From a virus (Duplodnaviria > Heunggongvirae > Uroviricota > Caudoviricetes), in IMG/VR virus record IMGVR_UViG_2706794677_000013: a stretch of DNA of 48,811 bases. The stretch is one strand, 5' to 3'. Below the pieces are notes generated by a model that saw only the letters and a list, made by a program, of their open reading frames with translations, ran no database searches and was not told the DNA's origin. This document shows, one piece after another, positions 1 through 11,036 of the stretch. The translations under genes and the position numbers were made by a program. How positions within the stretch are numbered: position 1 is the first letter of the stretch; each line of letters opens with the position of its first letter.

Positions 1-1236
1 CTACGATAACCGCGCATTCAACATGGCTACCTGTTCGTCGTTCATGTCATCAATCCACATACCGTAAATTTCATACACCATCTGCGCAGTTTCATGCCCC
101 ATCTGGCTGGCTATAAACGCCGGGTTCGCTCCTGCCGTCAACAGCCAGCAGGCAAAAGTATGCCGCGTATGGTACGGATTACGGCGGCGAATACCAGCAC
201 GTTTTACTGCTGCATTCCATCTCGCACCCAAACTGCTTACCGAGTAATAAGGTTTCTGTTTTCCGTTACACACTCTGGGCATGAAAACAAAATGCAGTTT
301 TTGCTTTTCGGTTCTGCCGTACTCCCGATGATAAAAAGTGATTTCGCTTTTGCGATGATGCCCGGTCAGTTTGTATTGCTCCTTCAGTGCTTCAAGAGCA
401 GGCTGCAGTAGTGTTACCGTCCGGATCCCCGCATTTGTTTTTGGGGGACCGAACATATCCAGTATCGTCAGGTTTCTTCTGACATTCACAACTCCCTTCT
501 CGAAATCCACATCCTCCCACGCCAGAGCAGCCAGTTCCCCGTGACGAAGCCCGGAGTATACGGCAAATTTCCACAAGTTCTGGCTCTGTCCTTTTTCACT
601 TTCCATTAATGCATTGAATTCTGTTTTAGATAACGGGTCAGGCTTTATTCTGTTTCTCTGTAATTTCTTTACTCCTTCAAATGGTTTGGTTGATATAAAT
701 CCCGACTGATACGCAAAACGTAACAACGAACAGAGCAGGGCGATATAGTTATCAACTGTGCGCACGGTTCTTCCTTTTTTGTTGGATCTTGGATTATCCA
801 GGTAAAGCGTTTCTCCATGCAGCAGTTCATTCCGGTAGTTTAAGATATCGCTATAACGAATATGCGATATCGGAGTACTCTCACAAATTATTATCCTGAG
901 TGTTTTTAATTGTGATTTCGTTTTCTTCATTGTGTTTGTTGTTAACTCTGTTTCTTTAATTTTTGTCCAGATATCACAAAGCTCCCCGAACGTTTTTATG
1001 ACCCTCGTTGTCACCATTTTTGCCCCAGTGCTGGACTGGGGAAAACGTCTTAAATACTCAAACTCACCGGAATTGATTTCATGAACTATCAACGCTCTTA
1101 AATTCCCGGCTTTTTTAATGTTACTGTTAGTAACCTCCCAGCCTTTCAATGTTTCCCGACATCGTTTTCCTCGAAACATGAACCAGATGCGAATGTATTT
1201 ACCTCGAATCTCGACACCTGTTGGTAATTTAGACAT
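1..1236 (-). CDS. intR: Phage tyrosine integrase (Rac IntR-like), 411 aa, complete; stop codon at window positions 1..3
   Basis: Full-length minus-strand ORF; translation recognised as Rac-type integrase with C-terminal R..HxxR..Y-type region (RHTFACW, Y near C-terminus); sits at the prophage end next to an excisionase-like ORF. Confidence 0.88.
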   Translation of the reverse strand: MSKLPTGVEIRGKYIRIWFMFRGKRCRETLKGWEVTNSNIKKAGNLRALIVHEINSGEFEYLRRFPQSSTGAKMVTTRVIKTFGELCDIWTKIKETELTTNTMKKTKSQLKTLRIIICESTPISHIRYSDILNYRNELLHGETLYLDNPRSNKKGRTVRTVDNYIALLCSLLRFAYQSGFISTKPFEGVKKLQRNRIKPDPLSKTEFNALMESEKGQSQNLWKFAVYSGLRHGELAALAWEDVDFEKGVVNVRRNLTILDMFGPPKTNAGIRTVTLLQPALEALKEQYKLTGHHRKSEITFYHREYGRTEKQKLHFVFMPRVCNGKQKPYYSVSSLGARWNAAVKRAGIRRRNPYHTRHTFACWLLTAGANPAFIASQMGHETAQMVYEIYGMWIDDMNDEQVAMLNARLS

Positions 1237-1237
1237 A

Positions 1238-1453
1238 TCATGAGTCTTTGATAAACTGATTTATCTTTGGATAGTTATACCAGATAATCCCTCGCTTACT
1301 GTCTGGCTTCCCTAAAGGAGATACTCGTTTGAAGTGGAAGCCTTCCACCCAACAGTTCTGGCGGTATGCTTCAATTTGTCTGGCCCCCAGACCAGTGCGA
1401 AGCATCAGGCCGTATTCAACCATCCACTCTTCATTAAAGATTACTTGTGCCAT
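1238..1453 (-). CDS. Excisionase-like small protein (Rac XisR/YdaQ-like); start taken at [10 protein letters not shown], alternative upstream start at 1477
   Basis: Small ORF immediately upstream of the integrase on the same strand; sequence recalled as Rac excisionase-like protein. Confidence 0.55.
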   Translation of the reverse strand: MAQVIFNEEWMVEYGLMLRTGLGARQIEAYRQNCWVEGFHFKRVSPLGKPDSKRGIIWYNYPKINQFIKDS

Positions 1454-1655
1454 CGCATCACCTCTGGCAGGCGCCAATGTTAGACTTAAATTGACGCCCG
1501 ATGTTGATTATTAATAATCAGCTATGAAGTTTTAATTTGAATACAATGCAATTCACGAGGACTGAAGTTTCTCGCAATTAAAATTTATCAGTTTTACTTT
1601 CTGCTCTCTGGAAACGCCTGCTTCTTTTTTACCTGAGAGCATTTTTTCGCATTCT

Positions 1656-1911
1656 NNNNNNNNNNNNNNNNNNNNNNNNNNNNNNNNNNNNNNNNNNNNN
1701 NNNNNNNNNNNNNNNNNNNNNNNNNNNNNNNNNNNNNNNNNNNNNNNNNNNNNNNNNNNNNNNNNNNNNNNNNNNNNNNNNNNNNNNNNNNNNNNNNNNN
1801 NNNNNNNNNNNNNNNNNNNNNNNNNNNNNNNNNNNNNNNNNNNNNNNNNNNNNNNNNNNNNNNNNNNNNNNNNNNNNNNNNNNNNNNNNNNNNNNNNNNN
1901 NNNNNNNNNNN
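1656..1911. other. Run of 256 N (assembly gap or masked sequence) interrupting a minus-strand small ORF between xis and recT
   Basis: Literal n characters in sequence. Confidence 1.
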
Positions 1912-1985
1912 TAACATTGTCATATCTCATAATTTTTCTCATAAAAATATTTCAAGTTGGCGGTGCATTACACCGCCAGGCTGAA

Positions 1986-2795
1986 TTATTCCTCTGAATT
2001 ATCGATTACACTGTATTCCCCGGTTAATACAGAGGAATCTGCAGGATCGATTGTCAGTGGTTCCTTTTCATCCATTGATACTGCACGCTGGATCTCAATT
2101 GATACGGGCAGATATTTGAACAGGCGACGAATAGCCGTTTTCTTTGCCATTTCTTCCCAGTGAGTTACCCACGGCCCGTTATTACCAGCTTTACTCTGGC
2201 TGCGCACCAGCTCAATCTGTTTGCGCGTCATAACTTCAAACTGAGTACCTCCGTCTTTCAGTCTTGCGACAGCATAGACGTGGGTAACAGGGGCATCTTC
2301 GTTTTCTCCTGGGCGGTGTATTAACTTTTCATCAAGGCCAAATTCGAAATTAAACTCGTCACCTTCACGGACAACACGGGCTGACAGGCTGGCGATTTGA
2401 CCTGAACGGCGAGCCAGATCAATCATGCCGCGATAGCCAATGATTAGCTGAACGTTTTTTTTACCGCTCTTTTCGTTTTTATTACCAAAAGGCAGTAAAT
2501 ATGCATGACCGAGGGCGCTACCGGGCTCAAGTCCGAGCTGTGAACACTGTACGATTGCACTGACAAAACTCATAGTGTCACAGTTTCCTAACGCCGGAAC
2601 TTTACGAATTTCTGTGGTGGCGATACGGATCATACGTTCAGCCGTCATATGGCGTGGAAGAGCTGCTGCCAGTTGCTCTTTCATTGATGGCTGGTTAATA
2701 AAACTAATCACGTCGTTATTTTTAATTGCTGCTGGTGCACGGTTTCCCTGAGTTTTTTGCAGATCGGCTTTTGCGATTGGTGGTTGCTTAGTCAT
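1986..2795 (-). CDS. recT: RecT single-strand annealing recombinase, 269 aa (start at MTKQPP)
   Basis: Translation matches RecT as I recall it; directly downstream of and overlapping recE. Confidence 0.9.
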   Translation of the reverse strand: MTKQPPIAKADLQKTQGNRAPAAIKNNDVISFINQPSMKEQLAAALPRHMTAERMIRIATTEIRKVPALGNCDTMSFVSAIVQCSQLGLEPGSALGHAYLLPFGNKNEKSGKKNVQLIIGYRGMIDLARRSGQIASLSARVVREGDEFNFEFGLDEKLIHRPGENEDAPVTHVYAVARLKDGGTQFEVMTRKQIELVRSQSKAGNNGPWVTHWEEMAKKTAIRRLFKYLPVSIEIQRAVSMDEKEPLTIDPADSSVLTGEYSVIDNSEE

Positions 2796-5388
2796 TTGCA
2801 TATTCCTTAGCCCAGCGGGGCAGTGATAACGTCTTAATAGCTGGCCATTCATCGGTATTGAGGCAGTCAGCCAGGGTTCGCAGATTGCGGTGATATTCCA
2901 GCTGACCTGCCAGTTTTGCTTCTTCGCCCATCATGAAAATTTCAACCGGATAACGTCCGCATTCAATAGTTGTGCTGGCAACCAGAAAAACGAAAGTTGG
3001 CTGCACTCCAAACTGTGCTTCATAACCGTCACTGTAGAATGCATCCTGAACGTGATAGCGGTAGTCGTAATAAGCGGTTTTGAATCGTTGAATATCCGCC
3101 GTAGTTTTCACGTCCATGATCCAGTGAAATTCAGGGATAATTTTGTCCGGACGGCACCGACACAAAATTGCTGTTTCAGGATCTTCCCAGTAAATTGATG
3201 ATTCAGCGTGTCCGGCGCTTTCAACAAGCCATTGCCCCAGCGGCAAAGCCATAACGCTCTGATACATGAGTTCAATTTTCCGGCCTTCTTCGGCAGTGAT
3301 AACCGTTTTTCCTGTGCTTGCGCATTCCCTCAGAAACGCTTTCTCTTCTTCTTTTCCGGAGTTTGTCCGGCGGTTAAATTCAGGTGCTACGATAAAGCGG
3401 TTACTGAATTCTTCCGGCTCAAGTACCCGGCAGTGGAAAGCGGTTCCTAAATCGAGCGTTTTTGTCTTTGTGGTGTCCACGGGGGCATTTTTACGCCACA
3501 AATACAGTGCCGGAGTATCAGCAATGTCATCGAGCTGAGACTTACTGACACCGGGACCCGCGTGGTAATTCTCATTCGAAATTCCGTAATAAATACCTGG
3601 CTCTATGTCTTCTACGATTACGGGATCTGCGACTTCGCCAGTTTCATCACTGCAATCGCGATGCGGATCGCTGCCAGCATTCTCATTGTGCGGATGTTCA
3701 GCGCCTTCCATTTCCTCCGGATCATTTTCCTTAGCTTCAACCTGACTCTCTTCATCGAATGTTTCCTGGTATGTTGCGTCGCCCATCACCGCACCACAGT
3801 CAGGGCAGTTATCCCCGCCAGTCTGGCCGCAGGCATTGCAGGCTATTTCCGGTTCCTGTTGCACTACTGGCTCAGGTTGATTCATATCCGGGCTGGTTTT
3901 TTCCGTTTCTGGCTGGTTCTGGTACACACAATCGCGAGTCTGGATCCCCTTTACCCATTTCGGATCGTTCGGGTCGCTAATTCCGTCAACAAATTCACCA
4001 CGTGATGCAGCAAGCAATTTATCGGCATCGACAGGATTTTTTGATGGAATGTTTTTCCGGGCTTCATGGAGTTCTGCCCGCAGTTCCTGATATTTCGCAT
4101 CAACAGAATTTACCTGTGACTGAGCATCCAGCGGCTGCGTGTCCTGATGATGTTCAGTTGCGTCCGGTTCCATTGTTTCAGCCTCTCCCTGTTCAACTGC
4201 CGTTGTTCCAGATGGTTGCGGTTTTTCTTCATCATCCTGTTTTCCTTCTTCTGTTACTCGCTGCGGCATCGGGGCAGAGGAGCGACCGCAGGCAATATCC
4301 ACGATTTCCGGATCAGGGTTGGCATGATCGGTTTCAGTCAGTACTTTGTTCAGATATTCAGTGACGTGCGCGGGGATGACCTCGATCCCAATTGGTGCTT
4401 CTTTTACGGACGCAACCACGATGGCGCGGGAATAATCCAGCCCGCCAGGCATGGTGATGAATTTGTCGCGGAAAACAGAAAAGGGCGGTTTATTTTCAGC
4501 GATAATTTCCTCAATGCGTTTAGCGTGTGCCGGATGAAGGTTATAGATGTCCAGATCCATTGAACGGGCCAGTACGCCAGTGGCTACGTCCCGCGCCAGT
4601 GACGTCAGATCGTGTACGAAACCTTCGCCGCGATCGGTGAGGTTTCCGCCGCCAGCATTAGCACCGGAAGCCGTGCGAGTGATGTGTGAAACACGATTAC
4701 CCTTCATCCACTCTTTTGTCAGCAGTCCTCGATCGGTGTAGTCAGCGTTCAGGTATGCTTCGAAAAAAGCAGTTATCAGTCCCAGGTTTGAATTACCAGG
4801 ATTAGGGAAAACTTTGTCAGTGTCACGAACCAGTTTGTGGAGTTCGCGAATTTCCAGCGGGTCGAGCAGGCTGGTTTTGTGGGAAACAGCCAGGGCAGTA
4901 ACAGCCGGTAGTTCTTCAGCCCGAGCAATGTGTAATGCCTGGAGTCCGTCGCGTGAAACGTGCGTTACCGGTTTTTCGCTGCCGTGTTGAGCAAGCCAAC
5001 GAATGGGCAGTTCCTGGCCAGAAATTGGGAGTAGCATATTCTCCTCAATCTCAGTCATGTCTTCGCCGTTGACGTTGGTATTGCCTTGATAGTGAGCGTT
5101 GTCTGGTGCTGCTCCCGGTTTTAGTTCCCATGTCATGGAGTCTTTGCTGAGTTGATAGCGTTCACTCCAGGTAAAATCGATCTCACCTTCAGCGGGCAGG
5201 TCATTAACGACAGGAAAATTCGTGGCAACAGCTTTAAAATAGCTGCTCAGTTTTTTACCTGACTTAACGATCAGGTAGTCCAGAGTGGCACAGGTCGATT
5301 CAAAATCGTTGCTTGCCCACAGGACGACGTCAGGTTCACCGGATGATTTTTTCGCTTTCCGTAACAGGAAGAGTGGTTTTGTGCTCAT
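2788..5388 (-). CDS. recE: RecE exonuclease VIII, 866 aa
   Basis: 866-aa ORF with acidic/Cys-rich central region and C-terminal nuclease domain, immediately upstream of recT on the same strand (recET operon arrangement). Confidence 0.88.
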   Translation of the reverse strand: MSTKPLFLLRKAKKSSGEPDVVLWASNDFESTCATLDYLIVKSGKKLSSYFKAVATNFPVVNDLPAEGEIDFTWSERYQLSKDSMTWELKPGAAPDNAHYQGNTNVNGEDMTEIEENMLLPISGQELPIRWLAQHGSEKPVTHVSRDGLQALHIARAEELPAVTALAVSHKTSLLDPLEIRELHKLVRDTDKVFPNPGNSNLGLITAFFEAYLNADYTDRGLLTKEWMKGNRVSHITRTASGANAGGGNLTDRGEGFVHDLTSLARDVATGVLARSMDLDIYNLHPAHAKRIEEIIAENKPPFSVFRDKFITMPGGLDYSRAIVVASVKEAPIGIEVIPAHVTEYLNKVLTETDHANPDPEIVDIACGRSSAPMPQRVTEEGKQDDEEKPQPSGTTAVEQGEAETMEPDATEHHQDTQPLDAQSQVNSVDAKYQELRAELHEARKNIPSKNPVDADKLLAASRGEFVDGISDPNDPKWVKGIQTRDCVYQNQPETEKTSPDMNQPEPVVQQEPEIACNACGQTGGDNCPDCGAVMGDATYQETFDEESQVEAKENDPEEMEGAEHPHNENAGSDPHRDCSDETGEVADPVIVEDIEPGIYYGISNENYHAGPGVSKSQLDDIADTPALYLWRKNAPVDTTKTKTLDLGTAFHCRVLEPEEFSNRFIVAPEFNRRTNSGKEEEKAFLRECASTGKTVITAEEGRKIELMYQSVMALPLGQWLVESAGHAESSIYWEDPETAILCRCRPDKIIPEFHWIMDVKTTADIQRFKTAYYDYRYHVQDAFYSDGYEAQFGVQPTFVFLVASTTIECGRYPVEIFMMGEEAKLAGQLEYHRNLRTLADCLNTDEWPAIKTLSLPRWAKEYAND

Positions 5389-5489
5389 TGTTTTTTAACC
5401 TCAACTCAGATTAAAATTCGTTTTGTTCAGTGAATGATCTTGCCGGATACACACTGTTCATAGCCTGCGCCATACGCAGGCTATTTCTT

Positions 5490-5765
5490 TCAGATTTCAC
5501 CTTTTAATTTCATTGCAATTAGAGTTGCCAGAAATTCGGCTTTTTTTTCTGCGGGCAGATTCTTTCCGATATGCACCAGGCACATTTTTTTGACACCTTC
5601 ATCAAGTGTTTTTACGTTGCCTGATGGACCATCGATATCAACCACAGTGAATGGGGTTTCTTTATTTTCTGTTTTAATTACGTAGCCAATGCGCTTTCCT
5701 TCCAGATTCACCTCGTGAACAATGTCATCGGTAGTTACAACAGTGGCTTCATAATTGGTAATCAT
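5490..5765 (-). CDS. racC: RacC-like small protein, 91 aa (start at MITNYEA)
   Basis: Position upstream of recE and sequence recollection. Confidence 0.7.
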   Translation of the reverse strand: MITNYEATVVTTDDIVHEVNLEGKRIGYVIKTENKETPFTVVDIDGPSGNVKTLDEGVKKMCLVHIGKNLPAEKKAEFLATLIAMKLKGEI

Positions 5766-5839
5766 GTTTTTCTCCTTAATTAAGGTTGAGCGAATACCTG
5801 CCATTTCTGGCATAAATTCAGTTTCGAATAGTCAATTAA

Positions 5840-6010
5840 TTAAAGTTCATGTGCCATCTGGTCTTTTTCGGCACAAGCTTCACTGCAATATTTTCTCGGT
5901 TCGTCTTTTGATAAAATCCCGTGCATGAAGTGAAGCATTCTTTCAATAGCTTTGCTTTCTTCAACGTCTTTTTTGCAAAGGTGGTAAGCACATTTTATTT
6001 TCTTAGTCAT
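5840..6010 (-). CDS. ydaE: YdaE-like 56-aa Cys-rich (zinc-binding-type) protein
   Basis: Hand translation of the reverse complement gives [56 protein letters not shown]; its ATG overlaps the kilR stop (ATGA); below the 60-aa cutoff of the ORF track. Confidence 0.6.
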   Translation of the reverse strand: MTKKIKCAYHLCKKDVEESKAIERMLHFMHGILSKDEPRKYCSEACAEKDQMAHEL

Positions 6011-6231
6011 CACCATGACTCCGCCTTTACAGGTAAACCATCACGACCGAGGAAGACTTTAATCATGCGGTCAGTAATGCATGTTTTTGTGGTCAGGTTA
6101 CGAATATATAGTTTTCGCTTTTTAATATTGTTTGCCGAGGCAATATATGTCCGGCCTTCATGAAGAACATAATCGCCAGGAGTCACACACTGACGTGGTA
6201 TTTCATCAGTTCCGAAGTGATGTGCAATCAT
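6010..6231 (-). CDS. kilR: KilR-like cell-division inhibitor, 73 aa (start at MIAHHF)
   Basis: Sequence recollection of Rac KilR; location between sieB and racC. Confidence 0.8.
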   Translation of the reverse strand: MIAHHFGTDEIPRQCVTPGDYVLHEGRTYIASANNIKKRKLYIRNLTTKTCITDRMIKVFLGRDGLPVKAESW

Positions 6232-6672
6232 AATTATCTCCATTTTTACAAATGAACTTTGTTGATGCGGTGCCTGGTGCCTCCAGGTGACTGCAACCAG
6301 TTAACAATTACAGTCGGCTTTCCCACCCAAACCAATAAGGACTAACATGACTTTTAACTGTGCCACGTGCGCTTAGCCGCATTCACCGCATCACAAAATT
6401 CACTTTAAAAAGGGCGGACATCAGCCGAACTTCAAGAAAAAAACTGATGCCGCCAGGACTACACACAGCAATGTCGTTATTTACAACCGGAGGCGCACTC
6501 CCACCATTTAAATTTAACAGACAAGACCGACTCTTTATGGATATCGGAAATGCGCCTTCGTGTTGTGCCCGGTTTTATTTCACCACCTCCGGGCTTCGGT
6601 GGTCTCGGCTATACCCCTACAGCGAGAGCTTGTGTTAACATTTCAATACCCTTACAGTTGAGAGTTATTGAT

Positions 6673-7161
6673 ATGTTGGATGTATTTACTCCATTGTTGA
6701 AACTTTTTGCTAACGAGCCACTCGAAATACTTATGTATACGATTATCATTTTTGGTCTCACTCTCTGGCTGATACCGAAAGAGTTTACTGTCGCATTCAA
6801 TGCTTATACTGAAATACCTTGGCTCTTTCAGATTATCGTTTTTGCCTTTTCTTTCGTGGTCGCCATTTCCTTCTCAAGATTGCGAGCACATATTCAAAAG
6901 CATTATTCATTACTACCAGAGCAACGAGTATTGCTTCGTTTATCTGAGAAAGAAATCGCTGTATTTAAAGATTTCCTTAAAACAGGAAATCTTATTATCA
7001 CTTCTCCTTGCCGTAACCCGGTTATGAAAAAATTAGAACGGAAGGGCATCATTCAACATCAGAGTGATAGCGCAAACTGTTCTTATTATCTCGTCACCGA
7101 AAAATACTCCCATTTTATGAAGTTATTCTGGAACAGCAGGAGTAGACGTTTTAATCGTTAG
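6673..7161 (+). CDS. sieB: SieB-like superinfection exclusion protein, 162 aa (start at MLDVFTP), membrane protein
   Basis: Hydrophobic N-terminal half; sequence recollection of SieB; ATG verified by frame from the ORF track. Confidence 0.8.
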   Translation: MLDVFTPLLKLFANEPLEILMYTIIIFGLTLWLIPKEFTVAFNAYTEIPWLFQIIVFAFSFVVAISFSRLRAHIQKHYSLLPEQRVLLRLSEKEIAVFKDFLKTGNLIITSPCRNPVMKKLERKGIIQHQSDSANCSYYLVTEKYSHFMKLFWNSRSRRFNR

Positions 7162-7323
7162 CTTACTGTGTGCTTCTCCAACCATCGGCGCGCACCAGTT
7201 TCGGTTTTAAATGTTTTGCTTTTGGTATACGTCATGGCAGTGAACGTTCCATCCTGGTTGGGGAACACGCCGCACACCAGGGATTCGTTGTTGCCGAGGT
7301 CGATTTTTTGCATTTTGCGAATC

Positions 7324-7458
7324 TCACATCTTGTTGCTGTGTATAGCGACTTCTGCCTGCCAGAGATCCCAGTCGTTGCTGCGTAAAGCCTGCACAGCCT
7401 GGTTGTAAGTGATACCGCAACAATCCATCAAATACTGAACTACTTCGTAATGCACCAT
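7324..7458 (-). CDS. Small YdaF-like ORF (start at MVHYEV)
   Basis: Short minus-strand ORF in the region between sieB and racR; weak recollection only. Confidence 0.3.
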   Translation of the reverse strand: MVHYEVVQYLMDCCGITYNQAVQALRSNDWDLWQAEVAIHSNKM

Positions 7459-7748
7459 CTTATCTCTCCCCTTAACGCCGGGTGGCGGAACTGAAACCTG
7501 CTGCACTGCAAAATCTGAACCCTGCCGTCATGTTCATACGCCTCGGGCTGGCTACTTAACCCCTGACCACTGCCTGGTAACTCGAAGTATTGCCCTGCGT
7601 TCTGTGGGGCGGGGTGGGTTGGTAGGTATATAATGTACTTTGTGTTCATTGATGTAAAGTACTATAAGTACATTTTGTGTGTAAAAAAATGAGATGGGAT
7701 AAAGTGAAGCACAAACCCGGAGGGGGACGCTACCGGATTTATGCTGGT

Positions 7749-8186
7749 TTAAGAGGCTTTTTGTTTTTTCTTTCGTGCTAGCTCTTCGTAAATTGCATTG
7801 TACTTCTGTTTTTTCTCCTCAAGAGTTTTTAAAAGTTCATCTGTCTCACTGTCAGGGAGCTCGTCCAGAAGGTCAATGATGATTTTTTGTCTTGGATTTA
7901 ACTCCTGATAGAAACGTACCTGTCCACTTTCTTCTGTATCCTCTCCCAAAAGATAGGTTGGTGTTGTTCCAATGAGTGTTGCTAATTCCCTTAATTTCTC
8001 TCGGCGAGGAATTGTTTCGCCATTAAACCATTTGCTAACCGCTTTTGGTGTTAATTTCATTCGACGGGCAATTTCTGCCTGCCTTCCATGTTGTTCATAA
8101 CCAGCGTTTTCACAGGCTAGCGCAAGCCTACTGGCGAACTCTTTACGCGCTTTATCTTCATGAACCATAAGTTCAATGATATTCAC
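7749..8186 (-). CDS. racR: RacR-like prophage repressor, HTH (Xre-type) N-terminal domain
   Basis: HTH-like segment (QAEIARRMKLTPKAVSKWFNGE); divergent from the ydaS-ydaT operon. Confidence 0.7.
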   Translation of the reverse strand: MNIIELMVHEDKARKEFASRLALACENAGYEQHGRQAEIARRMKLTPKAVSKWFNGETIPRREKLRELATLIGTTPTYLLGEDTEESGQVRFYQELNPRQKIIIDLLDELPDSETDELLKTLEEKKQKYNAIYEELARKKKQKAS

Positions 8187-8247
8187 TCTTGAATGTACTG
8201 TCAGTTCTGTTATAGCATGTACTCAAAGTTCACATTGTGAGGGTGAT
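8187..8247. promoter_or_regulatory. Divergent promoter/operator region between racR (leftward) and ydaS (rightward)
   Basis: 61-bp AT-rich intergenic region between divergently oriented regulator genes; no operator sequences verified. Confidence 0.4.
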
Positions 8248-8502
8248 ATGAACCAGAAAACACTTGAAGATGTAATCAAAACTGTTCGCGTTTCTGTTGT
8301 GGCCGACGTTTGTGGTGTCAGCCAAAGAGCAATCTACAAATGGATGGATAACGGAAAATTGCCTCGCACAGAATATACCGGCGAAACAAATTACGCTGAA
8401 AAAATCGCTCATGCATCAAACGGATTATTTTCTGCTGATGTAATTTTAACTATTGGCAGAAATAAAACTACTACGAAAAAGCTGATGGGAGTTGATTCAT
8501 GA
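8248..8502 (+). CDS. ydaS: YdaS-like Cro-type HTH protein (start at MNQKTLED)
   Basis: Small HTH protein (VCGVSQRAIYKWMDNGKLP) first in the rightward operon; ATG at 8248 preceded by gtgaggg. Confidence 0.7.
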   Translation: MNQKTLEDVIKTVRVSVVADVCGVSQRAIYKWMDNGKLPRTEYTGETNYAEKIAHASNGLFSADVILTIGRNKTTTKKLMGVDS

Positions 8503-8921
8503 AAATCAAGCATGAGCACATCGAGTCAGTGTTGTTAGCCCTGGCAGCCGAAAAAGGGCAGGCATGGGTAGCCAATGCCATTACTGAAGAATATCTGCGC
8601 CAGGGGGGCGGCGAATTGCCCCTGGTACCAGGCAAGGACTGGAATAATCAGCAGAATATCTATCACCGTTGGTTGAAAGGTGAAACGAAAACGCAAAGAG
8701 AAAAAATTCAGAAGCTGATCCCAGCAATTCTGGCAATCCTTCCGCGCGAGCTGCGTCACCGACTCTGCATCTTCGATACCCTGGAACGCCGTGCATTACT
8801 GGCGGCGCAGGAAGCGTTAAGTACGGCAATTGATGCGCATGATGATGCAGTCCAAGCCGTTTACCGGAAAGCGCATTTCAGCGGCGGCGGGTCTTCCGAC
8901 GATTCTGTCATTGTTCATTAA
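8499..8921 (+). CDS. ydaT: YdaT-like protein, 140 aa
   Basis: ORF overlapping the ydaS stop by 4 nt; sequence recollection. Confidence 0.65.
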   Translation: MKIKHEHIESVLLALAAEKGQAWVANAITEEYLRQGGGELPLVPGKDWNNQQNIYHRWLKGETKTQREKIQKLIPAILAILPRELRHRLCIFDTLERRALLAAQEALSTAIDAHDDAVQAVYRKAHFSGGGSSDDSVIVH

Positions 8922-8933
8922 GCAAAAGTTTCC

Positions 8934-9791
8934 ATGCTGTTTGTGCTTATTCTAAGCCACCGGGCAGCATCATACGGGGCAATTATGGCCGCATTACCAT
9001 ACATGCAACTGTACATAGCTGATTACCTGGCTGACACCATGCATTTGTCAGCAGAGGAGCATGGTGCGTATTTGTTGCTGATGTTCAATTACTGGCAAAC
9101 AGGAAAGCCAATACCTAAAAACAGGCTGGCAAAAATTGCCCGTCTGACTAACGAGCGATGGGCTGATGTTGAACCATCCTTGCAGGAGTTTTTTTGCGAT
9201 AACGGCGAGGAATGGGTGCATCTTCGGATTGAGGAAGATCTGGCATCAGTCAGGGAAAAATTAACCAAAAAATCAGCCGCAGGAAAAGCATCTGTTCAGG
9301 CCAGAAGAAGCAGAAAGGAAGCAGATGTTCAAACAAAACAAGAGAGAAATTTAACAGGTGTTCAAACAGATGTTGAAGTGGTGTTTGAACATGATGTCAA
9401 CACAAAGGCAACTAATAAAGATACAGATAAAGATCTAAAAACAGATCCCCCCCTAAATCCCCCCCGGGGGAATCGAGGTGTCAAAAAGTTTGACCCTCTG
9501 GATATTGCTTTGCCGAACTGGATTTCTGTCTCGCTTTGGCGTGAGTGGGTTGAATTTCGCCAGGCATTGCGAAAACCGATTCGAACGGAGCAGGGCGCTA
9601 ACGGGGCGATACGGGAGCTGGAAAAATTCCGCCAGCAGGGTTTTTCACCTGAGCAGGTGATTCGACACAGCATCGCCAATGAATACCAGGGCTTGTTCGC
9701 GCCGAAAGGTGTTCGACCTGAGACGTTACTCCGACAGGTTAACACCGTCTCGTTACCGGATAGTGCGATCCCGCCAGGCTTCAGGGGGTAA
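8934..9791 (+). CDS. ydaU: YdaU-like phage replication protein (DUF1376-type), 285 aa
   Basis: Sequence recollection; followed 6 nt later by a DnaC-like ATPase gene (replication module arrangement). Confidence 0.7.
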   Translation: MLFVLILSHRAASYGAIMAALPYMQLYIADYLADTMHLSAEEHGAYLLLMFNYWQTGKPIPKNRLAKIARLTNERWADVEPSLQEFFCDNGEEWVHLRIEEDLASVREKLTKKSAAGKASVQARRSRKEADVQTKQERNLTGVQTDVEVVFEHDVNTKATNKDTDKDLKTDPPLNPPRGNRGVKKFDPLDIALPNWISVSLWREWVEFRQALRKPIRTEQGANGAIRELEKFRQQGFSPEQVIRHSIANEYQGLFAPKGVRPETLLRQVNTVSLPDSAIPPGFRG

Positions 9792-9797
9792 CTGACC

Positions 9798-10224
9798 ATG
9801 AAAAATATTGCGACAGGCGACGTTCTTGAACGTATCCGCAGACTGGCCCCGTCACATGTAACCGCGCCATTCAAGACGGTAGCGGAGTGGCGCGAGTGGC
9901 AACTTTCCGAAGGCCAGAAACGTTGTGAGGAGATCAACCGTCAGAATCGTCAGTTGCGGGTGGAAAAAATTCTGAATCGCTCTGGCATCCAGCCATTGCA
10001 CCGCAAATGCTCGTTTTCGAATTACCAGGTGCAGAACGAAGCGCAGCGATACGCGTTGAGTCAGGCGAAATCCATCGCTGATGAACTGATGACCGGGTGT
10101 ACAAATTTTGCGTTCAGCGGAAAACCTGGTACCGGGAAGAACCACTTAGCGGCAGCTATCGGGAATCGCCTGCTGAAAGACGGTCAGACAGTGATTGTGG
10201 TTACCGTGGCTGATGTTATGAGCG
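9798..10224 (+). CDS. ydaV: YdaV-like DnaC/IstB-family helicase loader, 5' part only (runs into N gap)
   Basis: Walker A motif GKPGTGKNHLAAAIG; ORF truncated by N run at 10225. Confidence 0.75.
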
Positions 10225-10474
10225 NNNNNNNNNNNNNNNNNNNNNNNNNNNNNNNNNNNNNNNNNNNNNNNNNNNNNNNNNNNNNNNNNNNNNNNNNNNN
10301 NNNNNNNNNNNNNNNNNNNNNNNNNNNNNNNNNNNNNNNNNNNNNNNNNNNNNNNNNNNNNNNNNNNNNNNNNNNNNNNNNNNNNNNNNNNNNNNNNNNN
10401 NNNNNNNNNNNNNNNNNNNNNNNNNNNNNNNNNNNNNNNNNNNNNNNNNNNNNNNNNNNNNNNNNNNNNNNNNN
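10225..10474. other. Run of 250 N
   Basis: Literal n characters. Confidence 1.
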
Positions 10475-10694
10475 GCGTTAATTCAGGTTGGATGGCTGGT
10501 CGAAAATGACGGAGGGCTTTCTCTACCTAACTTTGAACGTCATAACGGAAAAAGCTCTAAAAAAAACGGGCGGTTACAAACGAGCGAGTAACAAAAATAC
10601 GCGAACTGAAACGAAAAGGTAACGCTGCCAGCGTTACACAAACGGATCAAAAAGCGTTACCAGAGGAAGAGGAAGAGGAAGATCTAAATACTGA

Positions 10695-11030
10695 TCTCCC
10701 CCTCGCCAAAAACGAGCGTCTAAAAAATTCGAGCCGGAGGCTATTGAGCTGCCCGATTGGTTGCCGGAAACACTCTGGCATGAGTGGGTCCGGTTCAGAC
10801 AGGCATTGCGAAAACCGATTCGAACGGAGCAGGGCGCTAACGGGGCGATACGGGAACTGGAAAAATTCCGTCAGCAGGGTTTTACACCTGAGCAGGTGAT
10901 TCGACACAGCATCGCCAATGAATACCAGGGCCTGTTCGCGCCGAAAGGTGTTCGGCCTGAGACGTTGCTCCGACAGGTTAACACCGTCTCGTTGCCGGAC
11001 AGTGCGATCCCGCCAGGCTTCAGGGGGTAA
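10695..11030 (+). pseudogene. Second, diverged copy of the YdaU-like C-terminal region (fragment; in-frame TGA immediately upstream at 10692..10694)
   Basis: Translation ...KKFEPEAIELPDWLPETLWHEWVRFRQALRKPIRTEQGANGAIRELEKFRQQGFTPEQVIRH... is near-identical to the C-terminus of the 8934..9791 protein. Confidence 0.5.
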
Positions 11031-11036
11031 CGGACC

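Noticed and set aside
2890-4741. Series of plus-strand ORFs of 64 to 147 aa
   Set aside because: All are antisense to recE and have implausible compositions; recE accounts for the interval
10660-10685. Short gaagag/gaagaggaa repeat considered as a tandem repeat or CRISPR-like element
   Set aside because: Only about three imperfect units inside the coding/pseudogene region (Glu-rich stretch); no spacer-repeat architecture anywhere in the window
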